Source: an uncultured Bacteroidia bacterium
GTDB lineage: Bacteria > Bacteroidota > Bacteroidia > Bacteroidales > ML635J-15
Reading direction: 5' to 3'
Length of the DNA stretch: 64,000 bases
Assembly (NCBI GenBank): GCA_902791865.1
Contig: CADAXK010000008.1
Location: 9,198-73,197, forward strand
Shown: one piece after another, positions 36,896 to 45,853 of the stretch
Layout of the letters: every line of letters begins with the position of its first letter
How positions within the stretch are numbered: the stretch's first letter is position 1
The notes under the pieces: generated by a model
What the model was told of the DNA's origin: nothing
Database searches by the model: none
The model's input: the letters and a program-made list of their open reading frames with translations, nothing else
Made by a program: the position numbers and the translations under genes

Positions 36896-38269
36896 ATGAA
36901 TAGGTTTTACGATAGGGAAAATGAAATTCTGAGATTAAAAGATGTTCAGAATCAGTCGTATAGTGATTGCTCAAGATTTGTCGTTCTTACAGGGCGAAGG
37001 CGCGTTGGCAAAACAAGCCTTGTACACAAACTGATGGAAGACACATCGGATATAGCTCCGTGCCTGTATTTTTTTGCAGGAAGAAAAACAGAATTGTCAC
37101 TTGTTAAAACATTTGCCGATGAAGTGCGGGTGAAACTTGGCGAGTATGTGCCAGAAAGCATAAGCAGTTTCCGCGAGCTGTTCCAGATGCTGCTTGAATT
37201 TGCCACACGACAGCGCTTTACATTGTTCATTGATGAGTTTCAAGAATTTGACAACATTAATCCGGAAATATACAGCGATGTTCAGGAATTGTGGGACACA
37301 TACAAGAAAAAGACAAAAGTGTGTCTCATTGTTTCTGGGTCTATTTACCGTCTGATGGAAAAGATTTTCAAGGACGAAACACAACCGCTGTTTGGTCGCG
37401 ACGACTGCACAATAAACCTGCAACCATTTACTACAGAAGTACTTTCCAAGATTTTAAGCGATTACAACGCAAAATACACTAACGACGATTTATTGGCATT
37501 GTGGACTATTACAGGTGGCGTAGCTAGATATGTGGAAGTCCTTATGAACAATGGTTGCACAACCGTGAACAAAATGATACACAATGTGTGTGCAGATGGG
37601 GACAGTTATTTTATTGAAGAAGCGAGAAAGATACTAGTTTTGGAATTTGGCAAGCAGTACGGCACATATTTCAGCATTTTGGAGCAACTGGCGGGAGGAA
37701 ATGTCACTCAAAGCCAGATAGAATCGGCAATCGGGGAGAATAGTCTTGGTGGTCATCTGAAGTTACTGGAGGAAAAGTACGGCATTATTGGCAAGAGACG
37801 TCCCATTGGTGCCAAACCAAATTCACAAAGTGTAAGATACTACATCAAGGATAACTTTTTCCGCTTCTGGTTCCGCTACATTTACAAGTATTCCTATTTG
37901 ATTGAAATTCATAATATGCCAGCATTGGAGAAGATTATTCTTGACGATTACCAGACATTTTCGGGTGTTGCGCTCGAAAATTGGTTTCGTAACCGTATGT
38001 CCGAGTCGTACAGTTACAAGCAGATTGGAAGTTGGTGGCTTGGCGGCAAAAGTGCAAATAAAAAAGGTAATGCCGATGATTTTGAAATAGATATAGTTGC
38101 TGTTACGCTAAACGATTCCGTTGAGGTTTATGAAGTAAAACGCAATGTCGACAAATACAATGCGGAACGGCTAAAGGAAAAGGTCGAAGTTATGCAGCGT
38201 CACATATTTGGCAAAAATAGTATTAGCGTGGCAGGTCTATCGCTGGATGATATGCAGAGGAAATTTTAG
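36896..38269 (+). CDS. AAA-type ATP-binding protein (archaeal-ATPase / DUF234 family)
   Basis: Start at MNRFYDRENEI. Walker A is LTGRRRVGKTSL, and a Walker B-like segment is LFIDEFQ. Confidence 0.75.
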   Translation: MNRFYDRENEILRLKDVQNQSYSDCSRFVVLTGRRRVGKTSLVHKLMEDTSDIAPCLYFFAGRKTELSLVKTFADEVRVKLGEYVPESISSFRELFQMLLEFATRQRFTLFIDEFQEFDNINPEIYSDVQELWDTYKKKTKVCLIVSGSIYRLMEKIFKDETQPLFGRDDCTINLQPFTTEVLSKILSDYNAKYTNDDLLALWTITGGVARYVEVLMNNGCTTVNKMIHNVCADGDSYFIEEARKILVLEFGKQYGTYFSILEQLAGGNVTQSQIESAIGENSLGGHLKLLEEKYGIIGKRRPIGAKPNSQSVRYYIKDNFFRFWFRYIYKYSYLIEIHNMPALEKIILDDYQTFSGVALENWFRNRMSESYSYKQIGSWWLGGKSANKKGNADDFEIDIVAVTLNDSVEVYEVKRNVDKYNAERLKEKVEVMQRHIFGKNSISVAGLSLDDMQRKF

Positions 38270-38412
38270 TTCAAATTAGAAATTAAACAGACGTTGTGAA
38301 ATAAATAATGAATATACGGCATAATCCCCTAAATAGAAACATTATTTTTGCATAAAATTCATTTAATAAAAATGAGAACTTTTGAGAATATTGCATATTA
38401 AAATTTGCTTAT

Positions 38413-40476
38413 ATGAAAAAAATACTTTTCCCATTAATCGTTTTGGCTATGGTAGCATTTGTATCGTGCAAGGATTCGGACAAGAATAATGGCGCAGTGG
38501 TCGCCGAATTCAGGATTCCGCAAAACGACATCGAAAGGACAGTCCGCAGCTTGAAGGAGTTCTGCAACGGACAGGAGTCGGACCGCATAGAGAAGGGCGT
38601 ATCGCAGGTTGCCGCATTGTGGCAGGAGCAGGATGGTTCGCTTGACGACTTCTACGATTTCTGTATGACCAACTTTGTGCTTGACTCGGCAAAGCGCTTT
38701 GAGACCTACAAAAAAATTGAGCGTGACCTTGAAATCCTTTACGGTTACGGCAACACGATGACCATAAAGCTTATGGAACCTTTGCACCTGGATATGGGCG
38801 AAGTCGATTTCGTCGATGAGGCTATGGGCGCATATTCCACCACGGCACATATTGCCGACGATTTGTTCGCCAACAAGATGGCGTTCTACATCGTGCTTAA
38901 CTTCCCGTCGTACTCGCTTGCCGAGAAGAATGCACTCTGCGACAAGTGGACGCGTCAGGACTGGGCGTACGCTCGTCTGGGCGACAAGTTTACATCGCGC
39001 ATCCCGGCCGAATACGAGCAGGCTGCCAATGTTGCAATGACCAACGCCGACAACTATATTTCGAGCTACAACATTTATATGGGAAATCTCGTAGATAACA
39101 GCGGACAGACATTGTTCCCAAAGGATATGAAACTCATCAGCCACTGGAATCTGCGCGACGAACTGAAGTCTGACTATTCAGATTCGGAGCACGGACTCGA
39201 GAAGCAGCAGATGATTTATGATGTGATGTTGCATATTGTTAATCAGGACATTCCGCAGGATGTAATCAACTCCGACAAATATCAGTGGAATCCGCGCACA
39301 AACAAGCTTTACAAGGATGGGGCAGAGGTTTCAAGTCCTGCCGAACCATATACCCGCTACGAACATATATTGTACAATTTCAAGGCTTTGTCGGCAATGG
39401 ACAAGTTCAACTCGGTTTATCCGACCTATATCGAAAGGGCTTTTGATGAGACAATGGAGCTTACTCAGGATGAAGTGGAAAAGTTGTTCATCGACTTTAT
39501 TTCGGCACCCGAAATTGCACAGGTCGGTCAGTTGGTTTCAAGTCGTCTTGGTCGTCCGTTGCAGCCATACGACATCTGGTACAATGGATTTACCGCCCGC
39601 AACGATATGAACGAAGCAGAACTCGATCGTATTACTCGTCAGCGTTATCCAAATCCGTCGGCATTTGGCCGCGATATTCCGCGAATACTTACCGATTTGG
39701 GCTGGTCGCGAGAAAAGGCAAACTACATTGCTTCGAAAATCAGTGTTGACCCTGCTCGTGGTGCTGGTCACGCATGGGGCAGCGAGATGAAGGGCGATGT
39801 GGCTCATCTGCGTACAAGGATTGCAAAAAGCGGTATGGACTACAAGGGATACAATATTGCAGTTCACGAACTTGGACATTGCGTAGAGCAGACCATAACC
39901 CTTTACGATATCGACTACTATATGCTGAAGGGCATTCCGAATACTGCATTTACCGAGGCTGTTGCCTTTATGTTCCAAGGTCGCGACCTGAAGTTGCTCG
40001 GACAGGCAAAGGGCGATGCTTCGGAGGAAAAGGAAGCAATGGCGGCATTGGAAAACTGCTGGTCGGCATACGAGATTATGGGCGTTTCGCTTGTTGACTT
40101 ATACACATGGCGCTGGATGTACGAAAATCAGGATGCCAATGCTCAGGAACTTCGCGATGCAGTGGTTTCCATTGCAAAGGATGTGTGGAACAAGTATTAC
40201 GCACCTGTTTTCGGCGTGAAGGATTCGCCGATACTTGCAATCTACTCGCACATGATTGATTCGCCGCTTTATTTGGCGAATTACCCTGTAGGACATCTTA
40301 TTGACTATCAGATAGAAACTTATATGGCCGACAAGCCGTTCTCGGAGGAACTTACAAGAATGCTTCTGCAAGGTTCCATCACTCCGCAGGCATGGATGAA
40401 GGGTGCTGTTGGAAGCGAAATCTCCGGCGAACCGACTTTGGCTGGCGTAAGGAAAGCTTTGACTATTGTGAAGTAA
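38413..40476 (+). CDS. Zinc metallopeptidase lipoprotein (gluzincin, M3-like)
   Basis: Lipobox LAMVAFVSC. HExxH is AVHELGHCV, with a downstream TAFTEAVAF Glu. The subfamily is not resolved. Confidence 0.6.
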   Translation: MKKILFPLIVLAMVAFVSCKDSDKNNGAVVAEFRIPQNDIERTVRSLKEFCNGQESDRIEKGVSQVAALWQEQDGSLDDFYDFCMTNFVLDSAKRFETYKKIERDLEILYGYGNTMTIKLMEPLHLDMGEVDFVDEAMGAYSTTAHIADDLFANKMAFYIVLNFPSYSLAEKNALCDKWTRQDWAYARLGDKFTSRIPAEYEQAANVAMTNADNYISSYNIYMGNLVDNSGQTLFPKDMKLISHWNLRDELKSDYSDSEHGLEKQQMIYDVMLHIVNQDIPQDVINSDKYQWNPRTNKLYKDGAEVSSPAEPYTRYEHILYNFKALSAMDKFNSVYPTYIERAFDETMELTQDEVEKLFIDFISAPEIAQVGQLVSSRLGRPLQPYDIWYNGFTARNDMNEAELDRITRQRYPNPSAFGRDIPRILTDLGWSREKANYIASKISVDPARGAGHAWGSEMKGDVAHLRTRIAKSGMDYKGYNIAVHELGHCVEQTITLYDIDYYMLKGIPNTAFTEAVAFMFQGRDLKLLGQAKGDASEEKEAMAALENCWSAYEIMGVSLVDLYTWRWMYENQDANAQELRDAVVSIAKDVWNKYYAPVFGVKDSPILAIYSHMIDSPLYLANYPVGHLIDYQIETYMADKPFSEELTRMLLQGSITPQAWMKGAVGSEISGEPTLAGVRKALTIVK

Positions 40477-40497
40477 GATGTAAAATATTTCGATTTG

Positions 40498-40530
40498 CGA
40501 AAGGGTGGCAATTTTGTCACCCTTTTTTGT
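40498..40530 (+). terminator. Rho-independent terminator of the peptidase gene
   Basis: AAGGGTGGCAATTTTGTCACCCTT followed by TTTTGTG. Confidence 0.7.
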
Positions 40531-40726
40531 GTCTAATTGAATTTGAGTACATAAAGGCGTACTATATTGTTAATTAGCATTATATCCGTGTATAAACGAC
40601 AAGAAACGACTAATAAACGAAAGTAAACGCTTAAAAACCGACTCGTGTTTCCAAATCACCCGACTTTTGCAGCGGATTTCAAAACGAAGTCCGAACAAAA
40701 TGTTTAACGTTTAAAATTTTACGATT

Positions 40727-41092
40727 ATGAATTTAAGAAATCGCGTACAACTGATTGGAAATCTGGGTTCGGAACCGCAGATCAGGGAATTTGGAAATGG
40801 TAGGAAACTCGCACGCTTCTCGCTCGCAACTACCGATGTTTATAAAAAAGAAGGTAAATATGTGCGTGACACGCAATGGCACAGCGTTACGGCTTGGAAT
40901 CGTATCGCAGAAGTCCTGCAGGACCGCGAAGTTTCCACGGGTAGTGAAATAATAGTAATAGGTAGTGTGGTAAGTACCAAGTTTACCGACCGAGAAGGTC
41001 GTGAGCGCAAGGTTTCGGAGATTGTTGCCGACAGCATAATGATAAGAAGGTTGAAACGTGCGGATGCAAAGGTGGAGAAGAATATTGCATAG
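40727..41092 (+). CDS. ssb: Single-stranded DNA-binding protein, short form (subtype A)
   Basis: OB-fold SSB pattern MNLRNRVQLIGNLGSEPQIREF.NGRKLARFSLAT...TQWHSVTAW. It has no acidic C-terminal tip. Confidence 0.8.
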   Translation: MNLRNRVQLIGNLGSEPQIREFGNGRKLARFSLATTDVYKKEGKYVRDTQWHSVTAWNRIAEVLQDREVSTGSEIIVIGSVVSTKFTDREGRERKVSEIVADSIMIRRLKRADAKVEKNIA

Positions 41093-41112
41093 TTTGTTGA
41101 TGTAATAGATAG

Positions 41113-41433
41113 GTGGAAATGCTGGCTCCAAACGGTAAAATATCAAATCTTTGCAACGAGTCTAAACAAAAAGAGCAATGTGGCACTCATTCATTTTTTG
41201 TGACCAATATTGCTCTTTATGAGCCATATAGGTTTGTCGCTACCGATAACTACTCGGACGAGAGTGACCGTCAATGGTTCCCTTTGGAAGAAAATGCTTC
41301 GGCATGTTTCGACCGAAAGGTTGACACAAAGCTATTGGATTTTTTTGATATGGCAAAAGAAAATTTCGAAAAAGTCAGGGGCAAAGTTGACTGCAATAGA
41401 GAGCCACTTCCGCAATATATAACAGAAAAATAA
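41113..41433 (+). CDS. Hypothetical protein
   Basis: ORF only. It fills the gap between ssb and the frameshifted gene. Confidence 0.4.
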   Translation: MEMLAPNGKISNLCNESKQKEQCGTHSFFVTNIALYEPYRFVATDNYSDESDRQWFPLEENASACFDRKVDTKLLDFFDMAKENFEKVRGKVDCNREPLPQYITEK

Positions 41434-41440
41434 TGGCATT

Positions 41441-41859
41441 ATGGCACTCATTGACGATAGGATAGCGCAGTTCCGTGCTGAGGTTGGCGACAGGGAACTA
41501 ACCGAGGAGCAGAGAAAGATTTTCAATGCATTCACAAAAAAGAATGGTGCTGCAACTTTTCTGAATGTTACCGATAAGGACGGAAGAAATGTACGAATAA
41601 AATTTATTCAAATAAAATAAAAACAGGTTCGCAACATATTCTTATCAACCATTTTGGAACTATCATTCATTGGGTAACAGCTTGGGAAATACTAACCCTA
41701 TACGAAGTCGTGGAAAGTGGAGAACATTATGTTAGTAATGGTTATGTCGTGTATCGTATAGAAACAGATTTTGATGGAGTAAAGATTAGTACGGTATTGA
41801 AGTTTGTTGAAGATAAAGGTATAGCAGTGCTAAAAAGTTTCTATTCAAATAGAGAATAA
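41441..41859 (+). pseudogene. Frameshifted copy of the SSB-associated QH[IV]L[LI]xH protein gene
   Basis: Frame 1 reads MALIDDRIAQFRAEVGDRELTEEQRKIF...IKFIQIK and stops at 41618-41620. A second frame continues ...TGSQHILINHFG...LKSFYSNRE and stops at 41857-41859. The two frames overlap near an A-rich stretch. Confidence 0.7.
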
Positions 41860-41987
41860 AAAAGCCTTGAAAGACCGGCCGTTTCCTCCCAATGTAAGGG
41901 TCCGCACCGCGTTAGCGGGGGTGGTGCCAAATCTCAAAGGCGATGCAAAAGTAGTAATAAATTATTAATTGACAAAAATTTAAAGAC

Positions 41988-42329
41988 ATGGAAATTAGAA
42001 ATTTTGTAATGTTGGTCGGCAATATGGGCGCTGATCCGAAGGTAAACGAGACAAGAAATGGAAAGGTTGTAAGGTTTTCGCTGGCAACTTCCGAGAATTA
42101 TTATGAAAACGGCAAGCCTGCAAGTCGTACAGAGTGGCACAACATTGTTGTGTGGGGAGCAAATGCCGACAAGGTGTCGGAGCGGTGCACGAAGGGAACG
42201 CATGTTACCATCGTTGGCAGGTTGACTTCGCGTAGTTACGAGGATGCGAACAATATTAAGCGGTATATAACGGAAGTGGTCGCTAATGAGGTTATTTGCG
42301 AATCGTCGTTAAAGGAAAAGACTGAATAA
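41988..42329 (+). CDS. ssb: Single-stranded DNA-binding protein, short form (subtype B)
   Basis: MEIRNFVMLVGNMGADPKVNETRNGKVVRFSLAT...TEWHNIVVWG. No acidic tip. Confidence 0.8.
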   Translation: MEIRNFVMLVGNMGADPKVNETRNGKVVRFSLATSENYYENGKPASRTEWHNIVVWGANADKVSERCTKGTHVTIVGRLTSRSYEDANNIKRYITEVVANEVICESSLKEKTE

Positions 42330-42346
42330 AGCTTATCCTTGGGATT

Positions 42347-42763
42347 ATGGCACTCATTGACGATAGAATAGCGCAGTTCCGAGCGGAGGTTGGCGACAGG
42401 GAACTAACCGAGGAGCAAAATAGGGTTTTCGAAACTTTTTGCCGGACCAAAGGAAAACTGAAACGTATCTGCACTACGGACGGTAATGGCGATTCTGTTA
42501 CAATAATGTTTCCATCTGATGATGAAAATGAAGGTACACAACATGTTTTACTCAAACATTACAAGACAAATCGTGGTAGCGTTACCGCATTGGAGATCTT
42601 AAATTTGATGGATGTAGTGCGCAATGGTAGTATGGAATCAGATGAGAATCATATTGTTTATAGTATGGAAAAGTATCTAGGTAAGATAAAATTTACGATT
42701 GCAGTAAAGGTGGTCAAGAATGGGAATATTTTCAAATCGTTTTATTCAAATAGGTATAAATAA
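42347..42763 (+). CDS. SSB-associated protein of unknown function (conserved QHVLLKH motif)
   Basis: A 138-aa intact paralog of 41441-41859 and of the prophage gene at 55644-56168. Confidence 0.7.
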   Translation: MALIDDRIAQFRAEVGDRELTEEQNRVFETFCRTKGKLKRICTTDGNGDSVTIMFPSDDENEGTQHVLLKHYKTNRGSVTALEILNLMDVVRNGSMESDENHIVYSMEKYLGKIKFTIAVKVVKNGNIFKSFYSNRYK

Positions 42764-42927
42764 AAAATGTTTCACTCAGCCTGTCTGGTCCCCCAGCAGA
42801 GGAGGCTTCCACGCATCATTCCGAGACAAATGCCGGCTTCCCGAAACGAGTGGCGCGATCTTGGTGCCAAAGCGAAACACGATGCAAAAGTAGTAATAAA
42901 TTATTAACTGACAAAAATTTAAAGAAA

Positions 42928-43281
42928 ATGGATACAAGAAATTTTGTAAGATTGGTCGGTAATCTTGGAACCGACCCGAGGGTAACAGAGACAAAGAATG
43001 GTAAAGTAGCAAGATTCTCATTGGCTACAACCGAAAATTATTTTGAAAATGGCAAGCAAGTCGCAAAAACCGAGTGGCACAATGTGGTTGCATGGAATGC
43101 AAATGCCGATTTGGTGGCAGAAAAATGCACGAAAGGTTCGCGTGTCGTTGTTATGGGAAAACTGGCAAGTCGTAGCTACGATGACCAGAATAAAGTCAGG
43201 CGGTATATTACCGAGGTTGTTGCCGAAGAAATAATTAGTGAGAAAAAGGGAGTGCATAATGCAGATGATACCGAGTGTTAA
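42928..43281 (+). CDS. ssb: Single-stranded DNA-binding protein, short form (subtype B)
   Basis: Start at the internal Met (MDTRNFVRLVGNLGTDPRVTETKNGKVARFSLAT...TEWHNVVAW). The upstream part of the track ORF covers the conserved non-coding box. Confidence 0.8.
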   Translation: MDTRNFVRLVGNLGTDPRVTETKNGKVARFSLATTENYFENGKQVAKTEWHNVVAWNANADLVAEKCTKGSRVVVMGKLASRSYDDQNKVRRYITEVVAEEIISEKKGVHNADDTEC

Positions 43282-43299
43282 TTATTAAAATCTATAGTT

Positions 43300-43635
43300 A
43301 TGAATTTACGAAACAGAGTACAGTTGATTGGAAATCTTGGCGGTGATCCAAAATTTTATGAATTTCCAAGCGGAACGAAGTTGGCAAGAATTTCAGTTGC
43401 CACATCCGAATTTTCAAAGCATAACGACAAGGTCGTCAAGGAAACTCAGTGGCATAATGTTGTTGCTTGGGGCAGTCTTGCCGACATGGTGAAGACAAAA
43501 ATAGCAAAGGGCTATGAAGTAGTGGTTGACGGATGCCTTAAACAAAACAGCTATACTGACCGAAATGGTGTGGAATGCCAATCTTACGAAGTAGTAGCAG
43601 ACAGAATATTATTTTGTAAGCCGGAGAATAATTGA
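43300..43635 (+). CDS. ssb: Single-stranded DNA-binding protein, short form (subtype A)
   Basis: MNLRNRVQLIGNLGGDPKFYEF.SGTKLARISVAT...TQWHNVVAWG. No acidic tip. Confidence 0.8.
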   Translation: MNLRNRVQLIGNLGGDPKFYEFPSGTKLARISVATSEFSKHNDKVVKETQWHNVVAWGSLADMVKTKIAKGYEVVVDGCLKQNSYTDRNGVECQSYEVVADRILFCKPENN

Positions 43636-43655
43636 TGCCAATCATGTTTCGGCAG

Positions 43656-45092
43656 TCACTTTGTGGTGGCTGCCGATTTTTTCAGTCCGAGTTCTTCGCC
43701 TTTCTGAACCATAAATTCATGGGCTTTTTCGTAGTCGTTGGGGATAATGCCATCCAGAATAGCCTCACGTACGGCGTTTTTGATTTCGCCGACAATCCGA
43801 GATGGTTCGATGCCAAAGTATTTCATTATTTCCTCGCCAGAAATCGGCGGCTGGAAATTGCGAAGCGAATCGCGTTCCTCGACCTCGACAATCTTTTGGC
43901 GCACAAGCTTGAAATTCTCAATGAACAGAGCCACCTTTTTCTCGTTGCGCGAGGTAATGTCCGATTCGCAGAGTGTCATAAGGGCATCAATGTCATCTCC
44001 TGCATCAACAATAAGCCTGCGTATTGCCGAGTCGGTGACTATTTCTTCAACCAATGCTATCGGGCGCATGTGCAAATCGACCATCTTCTGCACAAACTTC
44101 ATCTTTTCGTTGAGCGGTAAATGCATACGGGTGAAGATTTTCGGAACCATATTGGCGCCAACGGTGTTGTGTGAGTAGAATGTCCAGCCGGTACCTTCAA
44201 CAAAACGCTTGGTTTTCAGTTTGCCGATGTCGTGAAGCAATGCTGCCCAGCGTAGCCAAAGGTCGTTGCTTTTTTCTGCCACATTGTCAACCACTTGGAT
44301 TGTATGCAGGAAAATGTCCTTATGTCCAAGTCCATCTTGTATGGTAACGCCAGAAAGTTGGTACAACTCGGGGAAGATAATTTCGAGCAGGCCGGTATCG
44401 AACAATAATTTCAGTCCAATGGATGGTTTCTTGCTCTCGAGAATCTTGTTAAGTTCGGTATGAATCCGTTCCTGTGTGATTATTTTTATTCGTTCGCGAT
44501 TGTCATGGATTGCAGAAAGGCATTCGGGATGAATCTGGAAATCAAGTTGTGAGGCGAAGCGGATTGCACGAAGCATACGCAAAGGGTCATCGGAAAATGT
44601 TATCGATGGTTCGAGCGGAGTTCTGATGGTGCGGAAGTAAAGGTCGTCCAAGCCATTAAATGGATCGATAAGTTCTCCGAAATTGTGCTTGTTAAGGCTT
44701 ATTGCCAATGCGTTTATGGTAAAGTCACGGCGTTTTTGGTCGTCCTCGATGCTCCCTCGCTCAACAATAGGGTTTCGGCTGTCGAAATTGTATGATTCTT
44801 TGCGTGCTCCAACAAATTCCAGTTCTGTGTCGTTGTAGACAAACATAGCAGTTCCGTATGTCTTGAAAATACTTACCTTTTTTACTTTCAAATGCTTGGC
44901 AAGCTTGCGGGCAAAGTCAACCCCATCTCCATCAACAACGATGTCAATGTCTTTCTTGTTTCGGCGCATAAGCAATCGGTCGCGGACATAACCACCAATG
45001 ACAAAGACGTTTACATTTTCCTTTGCCGCAATGTCCGAAATCTCTGCGAAAATTTTGTCGGACACAAACTCTATGTAGTTGTTGTTATCCAA
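43656..45092 (-). CDS. cca: CCA tRNA nucleotidyltransferase / poly(A) polymerase family with HD domain
   Basis: GGYVRDRLL, DIDIVV, RDFTINAL and HDIGK motifs. Confidence 0.85.
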   Translation of the reverse strand: MDNNNYIEFVSDKIFAEISDIAAKENVNVFVIGGYVRDRLLMRRNKKDIDIVVDGDGVDFARKLAKHLKVKKVSIFKTYGTAMFVYNDTELEFVGARKESYNFDSRNPIVERGSIEDDQKRRDFTINALAISLNKHNFGELIDPFNGLDDLYFRTIRTPLEPSITFSDDPLRMLRAIRFASQLDFQIHPECLSAIHDNRERIKIITQERIHTELNKILESKKPSIGLKLLFDTGLLEIIFPELYQLSGVTIQDGLGHKDIFLHTIQVVDNVAEKSNDLWLRWAALLHDIGKLKTKRFVEGTGWTFYSHNTVGANMVPKIFTRMHLPLNEKMKFVQKMVDLHMRPIALVEEIVTDSAIRRLIVDAGDDIDALMTLCESDITSRNEKKVALFIENFKLVRQKIVEVEERDSLRNFQPPISGEEIMKYFGIEPSRIVGEIKNAVREAILDGIIPNDYEKAHEFMVQKGEELGLKKSAATTK

Positions 45093-45286
45093 GACTAACG
45101 ATTTTGGGTCTGCAAAGGTAAGAAAATTCGAGGAATCAATGGCTCGATAATTTAACTTCGCTGAGCTAAAGGTTGATATTTCGATTTTGTGCCGAGATTA
45201 TTCAAAATCTACAATTGTAATCGTACTTCGTAACCTTTTGCATCTCCTCTCATGTCAATCTAAAATCGTCAATCGTAAATCCAAAA

Positions 45287-45294
45287 TAAATTTG
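45287..45294 (+). promoter_or_regulatory. Bacteroidetes -7 promoter box (TAAATTTG)
   Basis: TAnnTTTG match 14 nt upstream of the ATG at 45308. Confidence 0.45.
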
Positions 45295-45307
45295 TATCTT
45301 TGTGCCT

Positions 45308-45853
45308 ATGTTTGAAGGAATAAAGTCGGGTCTTGCAAGGCGCAAGTTGTTGAAGGCTCGGGGTGCTGAGCCTCGGTGTGTTCGCGCTTGTGGCTTGGAG
45401 TCGGCAGAAAAGATTGGCATTCTGCATGAAGCTACCGATGAAGCTCAGTTTGAAGTGGCGCGTAAGTTACTCTTCGATTTGCAGAAACGGATTCCATTTG
45501 TCAAGGCTCTTGGTTTTGTCGATAACAAAGAATTGTCAAACTTTCATTTGCAGCCACTCGACTTTTCGTTTTTCTGTAACAAGGAACTAGACTGGCTTGG
45601 CTTTCCGCGTGAGGAGGTTGTTGCTGAATTTTGCAATGCCGACTTCGATATTCTTATTTGTCTAGACATGGAAGACAAGACTCCTCTTAATTATATAAAA
45701 CTAAAGTCGAAGGCAGGATTTAAGGTCGGACTATACAATGAAAAAAATGCCGATTTGCTTGATGTTATGGTAAGTCTAGATGAGGAAAATTCAAACATTT
45801 CAGAACTAGTAAAGCAGATAATTCATTATTTGGAAGCGATAAGATATGAATAG
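45308..45853 (+). CDS. Hypothetical protein upstream of dapA
   Basis: The ATG at 45308 (MFEGIKSG) is preferred over the GTG at 45302. It overlaps the dapA start by 8 nt. Confidence 0.6.
   Translation: MFEGIKSGLARRKLLKARGAEPRCVRACGLESAEKIGILHEATDEAQFEVARKLLFDLQKRIPFVKALGFVDNKELSNFHLQPLDFSFFCNKELDWLGFPREEVVAEFCNADFDILICLDMEDKTPLNYIKLKSKAGFKVGLYNEKNADLLDVMVSLDEENSNISELVKQIIHYLEAIRYE

Noticed and set aside
38434-39144. 236-aa minus-strand ORF
   Set aside because: It is antisense to the lipoprotein metallopeptidase gene, and no independent signal supports it.
42776-43021. 81-aa minus-strand ORF and the N-terminal 26 codons of the 42850-43281 track ORF
   Set aside because: They cover the conserved non-coding box and the G+C-rich patch upstream of ssb. 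The SSB homology starts at the internal Met at 42928.
43632-44178. Plus-strand ORFs of 162 and 146 aa
   Set aside because: They are antisense to the cca gene, whose GGYVRD and HDIGK motifs lie on the minus strand.
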